NCBI GenBank assembly: GCA_964291625.2
Contig: OZ220089.1
Location: forward strand, 3,712,001 to 3,776,000
Length of the DNA: 64,000 nt
Source of the DNA: Candidatus Latescibacterota bacterium
GTDB lineage: Bacteria > Latescibacterota > UBA2968 > UBA8231
Direction: 5' to 3'
Below the pieces are notes generated by a model, which was not told where the DNA came from, did not search any database, and was given only the letters and a program-made list of their open reading frames with translations. Shown in pieces: positions 29,209 through 38,129 of this stretch. The position numbers and the translations under genes are program-made. Positions within the stretch are counted from its first letter, which is position 1. Each line of letters opens with the position of its first letter.

Positions 29209-29975
29209 AGATCGCCACCTGGAACGTGAACTCCATCAAGGTGCGGCTGCCGCAGCTGCTGCAGTGGCTGGAGGCCGAGGCGCCGGACCTGATGGGGCTG
29301 CAGGAGACCAAGGTCGTGGACGAGGTCTTTCCCTCGGCGGAGCTGGAGGAGGCCGGGTACCACGCCGCCATCAGCGGCCAGAAGGCCTACAACGGCGTCG
29401 CCCTCCTCAGCCGCGAGCCGGCTGCCGACGTGGTGACCGACCTGCCGGGCATGGAGGACCCGCAGCGGCGGGTGCTGGGGGCCACGGTGGGGGGGCTTCG
29501 CTTCCTGAACCTGTACGTGCCCAACGGCCAGAGCGTGGGCTCCGACAAGTACGCCTACAAGCTGGAGTGGCTGGGCCGCTGCCGGGAGTACGTGGAGGAC
29601 CAGTTGACCCGGCACGAGCGGCTGGTGGTGGTGGGCGACTTCAACGTCGCCCCCGAGGACCGGGACGTGCACGACCCGGCCCTGTGGGCCGACTCGGTGC
29701 TGTTCTCCAACGCCGAGCGCGAGGCCTTCGCCGGCCTCCTGGCCACCGGCCTGACCGACGCCTTCCGGCTGTTCCCCCAGGAGGAGGGGACCTTCTCCTG
29801 GTGGGACTACCGCATGGGCGCCTTCCGCCGCAACCGCGGGTTGCGCATCGACCACATCCTGCTCTCGGAGGCCCTGCGCGGCACCTGCACCTCCTGCCGC
29901 ATCGACCGCGAGCCCCGGAGGTGGACCAAGCCCTCCGACCACGCCCCGGTGGTGGCCGAGGTGGCCGGCTCCTGA
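29205..29975 (+). CDS. xth: Exodeoxyribonuclease III
   Basis: TWNVNSI, LQETK, YNGVA, GDFNVAP, SWWDYR, RIDHIL, SDHAP. Confidence 0.96.
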   Translation: MKIATWNVNSIKVRLPQLLQWLEAEAPDLMGLQETKVVDEVFPSAELEEAGYHAAISGQKAYNGVALLSREPAADVVTDLPGMEDPQRRVLGATVGGLRFLNLYVPNGQSVGSDKYAYKLEWLGRCREYVEDQLTRHERLVVVGDFNVAPEDRDVHDPALWADSVLFSNAEREAFAGLLATGLTDAFRLFPQEEGTFSWWDYRMGAFRRNRGLRIDHILLSEALRGTCTSCRIDREPRRWTKPSDHAPVVAEVAGS

Positions 29976-29990
29976 AGGCAGGCGGCCCCT

Positions 29991-32900
29991 CTACCTCACA
30001 TGCAGGGTATAGGGGCCGGTTTCGTCCTGGTTCAGGCCTTCCACCCGGATGTAGTAGGTTCCGGCCTGCAGGGAGGCCCTCACGCGGAAGTTCGACCCCT
30101 CTCCGGCATCGTCGTCCCTGGCCAGGACCGTGCCTGCACCATCCACGATGTAGCCGAAGGTGTCGAGGTCTCCGGCCGTAGAGGCGACCACGGTGTACCC
30201 CGAGTCGAGGTCGATCCGGAAGTAGTCGACGTCACCCGGTTCCAAGGCGCCCAGAGTCGAGCTTCCCACCGAGACGGGAGTCGCCTCCTCGCGGCTGTCG
30301 CCGTGCGCGTCCGTAGCCACATGCAGGGTGTATGGACCGGTCTCGGCATTGGCGAAGCCCCGGACCCGGATGTAGTAGGTGCCCGAATCAACGACAGCGG
30401 TGACCCGGAAGTTGGGCCCTCCTCTCGAGTCGTCGTTGCTCGCCACGACGGTGCCCGTGCTGTCCTCGATGGTGCCGTGGGTGTCCTGATCGCCCGTGGC
30501 CCAGGCGGCCAGGATCCCCACCCGGCTGACCTCGAAGCGGAAGTAGTCGACGTCATTCGGTTCCAGCTCGCCCTGTGTCGCGCTGCCCGGAGCCACCAGC
30601 GTCGCCGACGAGCGGGTGTCGCCGTGGTCGGCCAAGGCGGCGGGCCTGTCGAGGGCGATCCAGACGGGCCCCTCCAGGTCGGTGACGAGGTCTTCGACCT
30701 GGGAGCCGTCGAGGTTGGCGCGCTGGATCTTGTCGGTGACCGGATCCGCCCAGTAGATCTTGCTCTCGGCGCCGTCCACCGCCAACCCCCGAGGCATTCG
30801 CAGTCCCGTGGTGACGAGGTCTTCGACCTGGGAGCCGTCGAGGTTGGCTCGCTGGATCCGGTCGGTGCCGAAGTCGCTCCAGTACATCTTGCCGCCGGCC
30901 ACGTCCAGGGCCAGCCCCGCCGGACTGGTCAGCCCGGTGACGAGATCCTCGATCGCGGAGCCGTCGAGGTTGGCTCGCTGGATCCGGTCGGTGCCGAAGT
31001 CGCTCCAGTACATCTTGCCGCCGGCCACATCCAGGGCCAGCCCGTCGGGGGAGCCCAGGCCGGAGGTGATCAGGTCTTCCACCTCGGAGCCGTCGAACTG
31101 GGCCCGTTGGATCTTGTCGCTCCCCCGGTCGGTCCAGTACATCTGACCGCGGGCGACATCCAGGGCGATGCCGCCGGGGGTGGTCAGTCCCTCGGTGACC
31201 AGGTCTTCGACCTCGGAGCCGTCGAGGTTGGCTCGCTGGATCCGGTCGGTGCCGAAGTCGGTCCAGTACACCTTGCCTCCGGCCTTGTCCACCGCCATGC
31301 CGTAGGGGCTGACCAGGGCGGTGTCGACCAGGTCTTCCACGCCGGAGCCGTCGAGATGGCCGCGCTGAATCTTGTTCGTCGTCCAGTCCGCCCAGTACAT
31401 CCGGGCCCGGGTTCCGCCCAGGGCGATTCCGCGCGGAGCGTCGAGGCCCTGGTCGACGAGGTCCTCGACCTGCGAGCCGTCGAGGTTGGCGCGCTGGATC
31501 TTGTCGGTGCCGTCATCGGACCAGTACACCTTCCTCCCGGCCACGTCGAGGGCCAGGCTCCACGGAGAGGCCACCTCGGTGACCAGATCCTCGACCTGGG
31601 AGCCGTCCAGATTGGCGCGCTGGATCTTGTCGGAGCCCCAGTCCGTCCAGTACATCTTGCCCTCGGCCAGGTCGAGTGCGAGTCCGGCGGGATCGGTCAG
31701 TTCGGTGACCAGATCCTCGACCTGTGAGCCGTTCAGCTTGGCACGCTGGATCTTGTCGGAGCCCCAGTCCGTCCAGTAGATCCTCTCTCCGGCCAGGTCG
31801 AGTGCGAGTCCGGCGGGATCGGTCAGCCCGGTGACCAGATCCTCGACCTCGGAGCCGTCGAGGTTGGCGCGCCGGATCTTGTCCGGGTCCCACTCCGTCC
31901 AGTAGATCCTGCCCCCGCTCGCGTCCAGGGCCAGCGCATAGGGATCGCCCAACTCGGTGAGCACGTCTTCGACCTGGGAGCCGTCGAGGTTGGCGCGCTG
32001 GATCTTGTCGGTGCCCCAGTCCGTCCAGTAGATCTTGCCCTCGGCCGCGTCCACCACCAGTCCGGCGGGATCGGTCAGCCCGGTGACCACGTCCTCGACC
32101 TCGGAACCGTCCAGGTTCGACCGCTGAATCTTGTCGGTGCCCCGATCCGTCCAGTAGATCTTCAACAGTCCGCTGGCCGTCGCAGAGCCCACCAGCCCAC
32201 CGATGCCGGCCGGCAGCCGCGGGTCCGTCGGGTCGATGCTGTACGTGGCGATCAGCCAGGCGTCGGCGAGGTCGACCCTGCCGTCGCCGTTGACGTCGCC
32301 CAGGGAGACGTCGCCGTCGTTGGGCATCACCGTCGATGGGTCGCTGCTGTACACAAGCACGAGCAGGGCGTCGGCAAGGTCGACGCGGCGGTTGTTGTCC
32401 ACGTCGCCCAGCAGTCCCCTGGTCTCGGTCGTGGAGGCCCTGGCGCGCGGGGCCTGCCTGGAGGCTTGCACCACCAGCTCGACCGGACCCGCGGCGTGCG
32501 ACACCGCAAAGGCGGGGTCGACGTGGGGGACCAGTCCGCGGCCGGAGACGGTCAGGCCGTAGACGGGCGACCTCTCTCCCCCCGCGAGGCCGCTCTGCTC
32601 GGCCGAGGCGGAAGGAACTCCCGCCTGTCCGTCGACCAGCACCATGCGCTCCGTCAGGCTGACACCGCCGCCCTCCATGCGGTAGAGATAGACCCCGGCG
32701 GCCACGGCGCGCCCGGCGGCATCGGTGGCGTCCCAGCGGACGGTGTGGTAGCCGGGGGGCCGCACGGCGTCGACCAGCGTCGCCACGTGCTGTCCGAGGA
32801 CGTTGAAGACCTCCAGCCTCACATGGGTCGAAGCCGGCACCTGGTAGGGGATGACCGTGGAAGGGTTGAAGGGATTGGGATAGTTCGCCCCCAGGCCGTA

Positions 32901-33179
32901 GTGATCTGGCACGGCCAACCCTGTGGGCGAGGCCTGCAGAGACAGCTGGAAACGGCCGGACGCATCCGTGGCCGCCGCCAGGGGAGCCGCTCGCAGATCG
33001 GTCAGATCGTAGAGCCGCACCTGCGCCCCCGCGGCGGGTTCGCCGGAAGGCAGCCGCACCCGGCCCTCGAGTTGCGGCCCGGCTGCGGCCGCCGGCCCGG
33101 CGGCCAGCCAGGCCGCCAGGAGCAGTCTGCCCGTGATACGCGTGCGATGAGTGTCGGCCCGATTCATGCGGTCCATCAC
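29991..33179 (-). CDS. Large secreted protein: carboxypeptidase-reg-like, FlgD-Ig, dockerin-like, 12 YWTD (LDL-receptor class B) repeats, 2 PPC-like domains
   Basis: NYPNPFNPST near the N-terminus; GDVDNNRRVDLAD and GDVNGDGRVDLAD; 12 YW(T/S/A)(D/E)..KIQRANLDGS repeats; two HGD(T/S)R..AT...DVDYFR...GTYYIRV units. Confidence 0.88.
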   Translation of the reverse strand: MMDRMNRADTHRTRITGRLLLAAWLAAGPAAAAGPQLEGRVRLPSGEPAAGAQVRLYDLTDLRAAPLAAATDASGRFQLSLQASPTGLAVPDHYGLGANYPNPFNPSTVIPYQVPASTHVRLEVFNVLGQHVATLVDAVRPPGYHTVRWDATDAAGRAVAAGVYLYRMEGGGVSLTERMVLVDGQAGVPSASAEQSGLAGGERSPVYGLTVSGRGLVPHVDPAFAVSHAAGPVELVVQASRQAPRARASTTETRGLLGDVDNNRRVDLADALLVLVYSSDPSTVMPNDGDVSLGDVNGDGRVDLADAWLIATYSIDPTDPRLPAGIGGLVGSATASGLLKIYWTDRGTDKIQRSNLDGSEVEDVVTGLTDPAGLVVDAAEGKIYWTDWGTDKIQRANLDGSQVEDVLTELGDPYALALDASGGRIYWTEWDPDKIRRANLDGSEVEDLVTGLTDPAGLALDLAGERIYWTDWGSDKIQRAKLNGSQVEDLVTELTDPAGLALDLAEGKMYWTDWGSDKIQRANLDGSQVEDLVTEVASPWSLALDVAGRKVYWSDDGTDKIQRANLDGSQVEDLVDQGLDAPRGIALGGTRARMYWADWTTNKIQRGHLDGSGVEDLVDTALVSPYGMAVDKAGGKVYWTDFGTDRIQRANLDGSEVEDLVTEGLTTPGGIALDVARGQMYWTDRGSDKIQRAQFDGSEVEDLITSGLGSPDGLALDVAGGKMYWSDFGTDRIQRANLDGSAIEDLVTGLTSPAGLALDVAGGKMYWSDFGTDRIQRANLDGSQVEDLVTTGLRMPRGLAVDGAESKIYWADPVTDKIQRANLDGSQVEDLVTDLEGPVWIALDRPAALADHGDTRSSATLVAPGSATQGELEPNDVDYFRFEVSRVGILAAWATGDQDTHGTIEDSTGTVVASNDDSRGGPNFRVTAVVDSGTYYIRVRGFANAETGPYTLHVATDAHGDSREEATPVSVGSSTLGALEPGDVDYFRIDLDSGYTVVASTAGDLDTFGYIVDGAGTVLARDDDAGEGSNFRVRASLQAGTYYIRVEGLNQDETGPYTLHVR
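30650..32163 (-). repeat. Intragenic tandem array of 12 YWTD-encoding units of about 126-129 bp
   Basis: Recurrent GAGCCGTCGAGGTTGGC(G/T)CGCTGGATC...CCAGTA blocks; units 10/11 and 3/4/5 are nearly identical in DNA. Confidence 0.9.
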
Positions 33180-33313
33180 CTGTCCTCCTGTTCGTCCACG
33201 CCGGGTGCTGCCGGCGCGTCCTGAATGCTCGACCTGTCGCGACAGTACACGACAAGTGTAAGGACGTTCTGTGATTTGCGGTGTTGAATTCTCCGAGCGA
33301 GGCCGGCAGGGGA

Positions 33314-34099
33314 TCAGGCGGTCTCTTCCGCCGCCACCGGGTTCCGCAGCACGCCGATGCCCTCGATCTCGATCTCCACCACGTCGCCGGGCTGCACCTC
33401 GCCGACGCCGGAGGGGGTGCCGGTCATGATCACGTCGCCGGGAAGCAGGGTGACGGCGGCGCTGATGTACTCGATCAGCTCGCCCACCGTGAAGATGAGG
33501 TCCGCCGTCGACGTGGACTGCACCACCTGCCCGTTGAGGCGCGTCGTCAGCTGCAGGTCCGAGGGGTCGAGGCCGGTGGCGATCCAGGGTCCGAGGGGCT
33601 TGAAGGTGTCGAAGCCCTTGCCGATGAGCAGGCAGCCGTTGGCCATCTCCGCCTTCTGGATGACGCGCTCGCTCACGTCGTTGCCGATGGTGTAGCCGAA
33701 GACGTGGTCGAGGGCCCCCTCGGCGGAGACGCGCCGGGCGGGGGCGCCGATGACGACGGCCAGCTCGCCCTCGTAGTGGACGACGCGGCCCTGCCTCGGG
33801 TAGACGATGTCGTCGCCGGGGTTGCAGACCGCCGTCGACGGCAGGTGGAAGAGCATCGGCTGGTCGGGCTCGGGGAGGCCGCTCTCGGCGGCGTGCTCGG
33901 CGTAGTTGAGGCCGACGCCGATGAGGCGGGGGTCCGCCACCGGCGCCAGCAGGCGCACGTCGGCGAGCGCGGCCTGGTCGCCCGTACGGTGCAGTCCGTC
34001 GTAGCCGGGACCCTCCAGCAGGTCCAGCGTGTCGTCGCCGGCGAGGACCCCGTAGCGCTCCACGCCGTCGTGCTCGAAGCGGGCGATCCGCTCAGTCAT
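33314..34099 (-). CDS. Fumarylacetoacetate hydrolase family protein
   Basis: GVGLNYAEHA, HYEGELAVVIG, GYTIGNDVSER, GKGFDTFKPLGP, PGDVIMTGTP. Confidence 0.93.
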   Translation of the reverse strand: MTERIARFEHDGVERYGVLAGDDTLDLLEGPGYDGLHRTGDQAALADVRLLAPVADPRLIGVGLNYAEHAAESGLPEPDQPMLFHLPSTAVCNPGDDIVYPRQGRVVHYEGELAVVIGAPARRVSAEGALDHVFGYTIGNDVSERVIQKAEMANGCLLIGKGFDTFKPLGPWIATGLDPSDLQLTTRLNGQVVQSTSTADLIFTVGELIEYISAAVTLLPGDVIMTGTPSGVGEVQPGDVVEIEIEGIGVLRNPVAAEETA

Positions 34100-35021
34100 C
34101 TTCCTCCACCTCCTCCTTGATTCGCCGGTGTTGTCCCGGCAGGTCGGCGGCCTCGGCGCCGCCGTCGTGGACGACCAGGCGCAGGCCGGATGCAAACTCG
34201 GCGCCGCGCTTCACGGCCACGGCCGCGGCGGCGCAGGGGTTCACCGTCATGGTGCCCCAGTCGGTGACGTACCAGGGGTGGCCCGCCGTGTCCCGGTGGG
34301 GCATGAGGGCCACGCCGGCGGTCCGTTCCCCGCCGGCCGGACCGGAGCAGTCCACCCAGTCGGAGACGGTTCCGCTGACGGCATCGGGCCCCCGGCGGCC
34401 CTCCGCGTCCGTCACCTGCCCTCCGTGGCTCGGACGCAGGCCCTCGGCCAGGCGCACGCCGAACCAGGCGTGGCGCGTCGGGCCGATTTCGAGGTTCCAC
34501 TCCGTGGGGGTCAGGCGGGAGCGCAGGTCGACTACGTTGGCCCCGTCGAGGGGGCGCACGTCGATGACACGCTCCTCGGCGGCCACCACCCGCCCCTCGG
34601 GCGCCCCCCACTCGCGGGGCCCGCGCCACCGCAGCCGCTGGGTCAGCCGCAGGCGCCCCTCGCCGCGCTCCTCGTGCTCCAGGCCGACGGCCTCGATGCG
34701 CCCCGGGGCCCGCCCCTGGAAGGTGTCGTTCACGTAGAAGTTGTAGGTCCCCGGCTCGCTGTCGCCGCCGGCGAAGGGCAGCTCCGCCACGACGCGGTCG
34801 GCGGCGATCCAGACCGAGTTGTGGTGGGGGTGGTCGACGGGGCTCTCCGAGGTGACGGGCACGCCGGAGGGGGTGTACACGGGATAGAGGTAGGCGCGGA
34901 AGGGGCCCTGGCTCAGGGAGAAGAGGTGCTTGCCTCGGAAGCGCACGTCGGTGCGGCGGCTGAGGGCGGAGGCGCCGGACGGCAGGGCCACCGCCTCGTC
35001 GCCGACCGAGAACGACTTCAT
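34092..35021 (-). CDS. DUF6807 (PmoA-like) family protein
   Basis: AYLYPVYTPSG..VT...PVDHPHHNSVW, FGVRL, DWVDCSG, LRLVVHDG. Confidence 0.75.
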   Translation of the reverse strand: MKSFSVGDEAVALPSGASALSRRTDVRFRGKHLFSLSQGPFRAYLYPVYTPSGVPVTSESPVDHPHHNSVWIAADRVVAELPFAGGDSEPGTYNFYVNDTFQGRAPGRIEAVGLEHEERGEGRLRLTQRLRWRGPREWGAPEGRVVAAEERVIDVRPLDGANVVDLRSRLTPTEWNLEIGPTRHAWFGVRLAEGLRPSHGGQVTDAEGRRGPDAVSGTVSDWVDCSGPAGGERTAGVALMPHRDTAGHPWYVTDWGTMTVNPCAAAAVAVKRGAEFASGLRLVVHDGGAEAADLPGQHRRIKEEVEEDD

Positions 35022-35860
35022 CCCCGCTCGACGCCGGCCCCGTCGAAGGCCCGGGTCATCGAGTCGTAGCTGATCCTGGCGGCCGCTGCCGCGTCGTAGT
35101 CGTCGCGCCCCCAGATGCGGCCGCTCACCTCCAGGGTGAGGAAGCCCCGCCATCCTCCGGCGGCCATGGCCCTCACGTAGGCGGCGGCGTCGAGGTCCCC
35201 CTGTCCGAGGAGGAGCAGGTCGAAGCCGCCGCCTGCGTGGCGGCGGGCGTCGGTGACGTGGGTGTGGCCGGTGATCGGCAGCAGGCGCTCCACGGCCCCG
35301 GTCTCGTCCTCGCCGGCCAAGTAGAAGTGGACGATGTCGAAGTGCAGGCGCACCGCCGGGCTGCCGACGCTCCCGATCGCCCATAGGGCGCGCTCCGAGC
35401 GGTCCACGGCGGCGCCGCAGTGGGCCTCGGCGGCGACCAGGAACCCCTCCTCCTCCGCCAGCCGTCCGTAGTCGCCGAGCTGGTCGACGATTCGGCCCTT
35501 CACATCCTCCCACTGGCCGCTGCGGCCGCCGATGCCGAGGGCGACGACGGGATGCTCGGCACCGAGGTCCCGGGCGAGCCCGGCGCAGCGCCGTACGTGC
35601 TCCTGCGTGCGGCGGTGGCCGTCCTGGTCCTCGGCGAGCACGTGGCCGGAGGTGAATACGGCGGGGATGCCCAGGCCCAGCCGCTGGAGCAGCTCGCGCA
35701 GCCGCAGGCGCCGGGCGGCGTCCATCTCCGCCGGCATGGAGGCGGCGTGCCGCGGGCTGACGCAGACCTCCACGCCGTCGTAGCCGATCTTCGCCAGCAG
35801 CGGCGCCGCCTGCTCCAGGGGCAGGTCGGGCGTGGCGTAAGTGCCGTAGGCGATGCGCAC
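35018..35860 (-). CDS. Sugar phosphate isomerase/epimerase (TIM barrel)
   Basis: IGYDGVEV, AEAH, FDIVH, HTHVTD, LGQGDLD, GFLTLE. Confidence 0.88.
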   Translation of the reverse strand: MRIAYGTYATPDLPLEQAAPLLAKIGYDGVEVCVSPRHAASMPAEMDAARRLRLRELLQRLGLGIPAVFTSGHVLAEDQDGHRRTQEHVRRCAGLARDLGAEHPVVALGIGGRSGQWEDVKGRIVDQLGDYGRLAEEEGFLVAAEAHCGAAVDRSERALWAIGSVGSPAVRLHFDIVHFYLAGEDETGAVERLLPITGHTHVTDARRHAGGGFDLLLLGQGDLDAAAYVRAMAAGGWRGFLTLEVSGRIWGRDDYDAAAAARISYDSMTRAFDGAGVERG

Positions 35861-35864
35861 CCGG

Positions 35865-36389
35865 TTAGCCGCCCGCCGCCTCCCCGGTCTCGACGACGCC
35901 GCAGCGGAGCATGGCGGAGCCGTAGTAGGGGTTCATGATCTCCCCCTCCGACTGGATCCAGCGTCCGCCCTCGTTATCGAAGGCCATGGGGCAGAAAGCC
36001 ACCTGCAGGCCTTCGGGAAGAGGGGACTCGATCAGCTTCGCCGACAGGCCCCGGAAGGCGAGGCGGGCGCCGTCGAGGTCCGCGGCCTGAGCCGCCGACT
36101 CGGCCAGGGGGCGCAGGTCGTCGGTGGCGTGTCCGGCGAGGGCCGTCAGGGCGGCGGCGGCCTCGTCGAAGCGGTCGTGGGCGAGGGCGTCCTGGGCCCG
36201 CAGGTAGGCGCGGACCACGCCGGCGGGCCGGTCGTCGAAGCGCTGAGCGTTGTAGGCGTCCGCCTCCGGCTCGGCGGCGGGAGCCTCGGCGGCGGGCGGG
36301 TCCGCCGGCTCGGAGGCGCAGCCGGCGATCAGGGCGGCCGCGGCGAAGGCGGCGGCCAGGGTGGTCGGAAGGGTCGAGGGGATGCGCAT
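35865..36389 (-). CDS. DUF3347-domain lipoprotein (putative heavy-metal binding)
   Basis: Lipobox LIAGC; YLRAQDALAHD; FCPMA...W...I.NPYYGSAMLRCG; AGGAG RBS. Confidence 0.85.
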   Translation of the reverse strand: MRIPSTLPTTLAAAFAAAALIAGCASEPADPPAAEAPAAEPEADAYNAQRFDDRPAGVVRAYLRAQDALAHDRFDEAAAALTALAGHATDDLRPLAESAAQAADLDGARLAFRGLSAKLIESPLPEGLQVAFCPMAFDNEGGRWIQSEGEIMNPYYGSAMLRCGVVETGEAAGG

Positions 36390-36400
36390 GATTCGCTCCT

Positions 36401-37129
36401 TCAGGCGTGGGCCAGGGGGAAGGTGCCCAGGTAGCCACGGGGCCGCGACACGAACCAGGCGGCCTCGTGCATCGGCGTCACCTGGTAGTGGCAGACCACG
36501 TTGGAGCGCTCCATGTCGTCGCGCTCCTTGGCGCCCTGGTGGGGGATGTGGCTCAGGAAGACGACGCAGTCGCCGGCCTTCGGGTACAGGACCACGTGCT
36601 CCTGCGCCTCGCACCAGGCCTCGAACCGCGGCCGGTCCATCGGCTCCAGGTGGGGCGGCTCGGAGAGGTGGCCGTCCCTGATGAACTTCAGGTGCCCCTC
36701 GCCGGGGGCGTTGTCCTGGAAGTAGAAGGTGGTGTTCACCCCCGTCGGCGGCACCGCCAGCCGCGCGCCGTCGAGGCGCCGCCGCTCGTGCCAGTAGCCG
36801 TAGAAGTCCATGTGCCACTCCTGCACGTAGGCCCCGGGATTGATGTGGGCCCGGAAGCTGCGCAGCTGGCACTGGGGCCCCATCAGGCCTTCGAGGACGG
36901 GGGCCACGCCGGGGTGCGCCACCAGGGGGGCGAAGCTCTCCGGCTCGCGGTCGAGGAGGGTATCGAACCACATGTTGCCCACCTCGTTCAGGCCCTCCTC
37001 CCAGCCCTGGGCGCGGGCGTGGTCGATGCGCCGCCGCACGTGGTCCGTCTCCTGCGGCGTGAGGACGCCCTCCAGGAGGAGGAATCCGTCGCGCTCCAGC
37101 TCGTCCAGCCGCTGATCCAGGTCTTGCAA
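36401..37129 (-). CDS. Phytanoyl-CoA dioxygenase (PhyH) family protein
   Basis: RDGFLLLEGVL, WHMD (HxD), AGDCVVFLSHIPHQG; TTG start after AGGAG. Confidence 0.87.
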   Translation of the reverse strand: MQDLDQRLDELERDGFLLLEGVLTPQETDHVRRRIDHARAQGWEEGLNEVGNMWFDTLLDREPESFAPLVAHPGVAPVLEGLMGPQCQLRSFRAHINPGAYVQEWHMDFYGYWHERRRLDGARLAVPPTGVNTTFYFQDNAPGEGHLKFIRDGHLSEPPHLEPMDRPRFEAWCEAQEHVVLYPKAGDCVVFLSHIPHQGAKERDDMERSNVVCHYQVTPMHEAAWFVSRPRGYLGTFPLAHA

Positions 37130-37770
37130 GGTTCGACTCCTGTCGGTGGGTCGGTACTGTCCCTTCCGACTGGAATATAGCCGCACGGAGGATCGTGCGT
37201 CAGGAGCCCGCCGGCAGGACCGAGGGGTAGCGACAGGCGGTTGCACTCCCTTGGGATCTTGTCACGAAGCAGATGGTGCGTCCCGGTGTTCCGCGGTCGG
37301 CCGGATCGTGTTGTTCCAATTCCCCGGTGTCCACCGAAATGACCGGATGGCCCTGCTCATTGCGAGGGTTAGGGGAGCCGGGTATCTTGGGCTAGGGGTC
37401 AGCTGCCATGCCGAAGGCGGGACCCTTGGGCGCCTCTGGATGAGCGCCGCTGTGACGGGACACGTCTCAAGGAAGATGCAGAGGATGCAGGCTCTGATGT
37501 CCTGCAAACGCGCCAAGGAAAGGCAGAGACCGCCGGAGCAGAGACCGATGGCGATAGCAGATCAGGACAGCGAGCAGGGACAGCGGCAGGATCGACTGAA
37601 AGACGCTTTGAACACTGGGAGATGAGTCGGAGTCTGTCCGCGTCGGCGGAGCCCATGAGCTGTCTCATCTTCAATCCGCTTCGTGAAGTCGGAAGGGTCG
37701 TTGCCTCACAAGGTCACAAGTACCGACAGCAAGGGTCACGCAACGCAAAGGGCGGCGAGGAAGGAAAAAG

Positions 37771-37941
37771 GTGCAAACGATAGCACCGAGCGGACCAGAG
37801 GGACGTGAGGAATCTCCGAGAGTTCCGGTGCCGGCACGGAACTGCAAACGATCGTATGCCCTCCGTTCACAGGGCGGATCACAGACGGGAAGAGAGGCCA
37901 GACGGTCCTCCGGAAACAGCTTCCCTCTGCAAACGATGGAA
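37771..37941. promoter_or_regulatory. Three LacI-type operator sites (TGCAAACGAT)
   Basis: GTGCAAACGATAGCAC at 37771, TGCAAACGATCGTA at 37843, TGCAAACGATGGAA at 37928; upstream of a LacI gene. Confidence 0.7.
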
Positions 37942-38129
37942 CCCATCCATCCGTGAAGGGGCGGGAGGGCAGGTGCCGCAGCGACCCACCGACATGGACG
38001 GCCGCCTCGGCCGAGGGTGGGGCAGCGGTTCCTTGACATCCATAGGCGGACCCCTAGTTCCTTGGAGCTGAGTTGAGCCCTTGGGGACAACGGGCGGGTG
38101 CGCAGGTTCCGGCTTCCGGGCAGAGACCA

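Noticed and set aside
30650-32163. Regularly spaced repeats resembling a CRISPR array or DGR template
   Set aside because: In-frame protein repeats (YWTD); no unique spacers and no cas or reverse-transcriptase gene in the window.
34092-35021. PmoA-like label suggesting methane oxidation
   Set aside because: Soluble DUF6807-type protein in a sugar-catabolic context; no pmoCAB operon or TM helices.
37283-37515. Faint similarity to the leader and start of the serine hydrolase (39196-39295)
   Set aside because: Needs several indels over short GC-rich stretches; not distinguishable from chance by eye.
37262-37674. Short minus-strand ORFs (84 and 91 aa) and a hydrophobic stretch ILPLSLLAVLI
   Set aside because: No recognisable motifs or convincing RBS; at most an unidentifiable relic.
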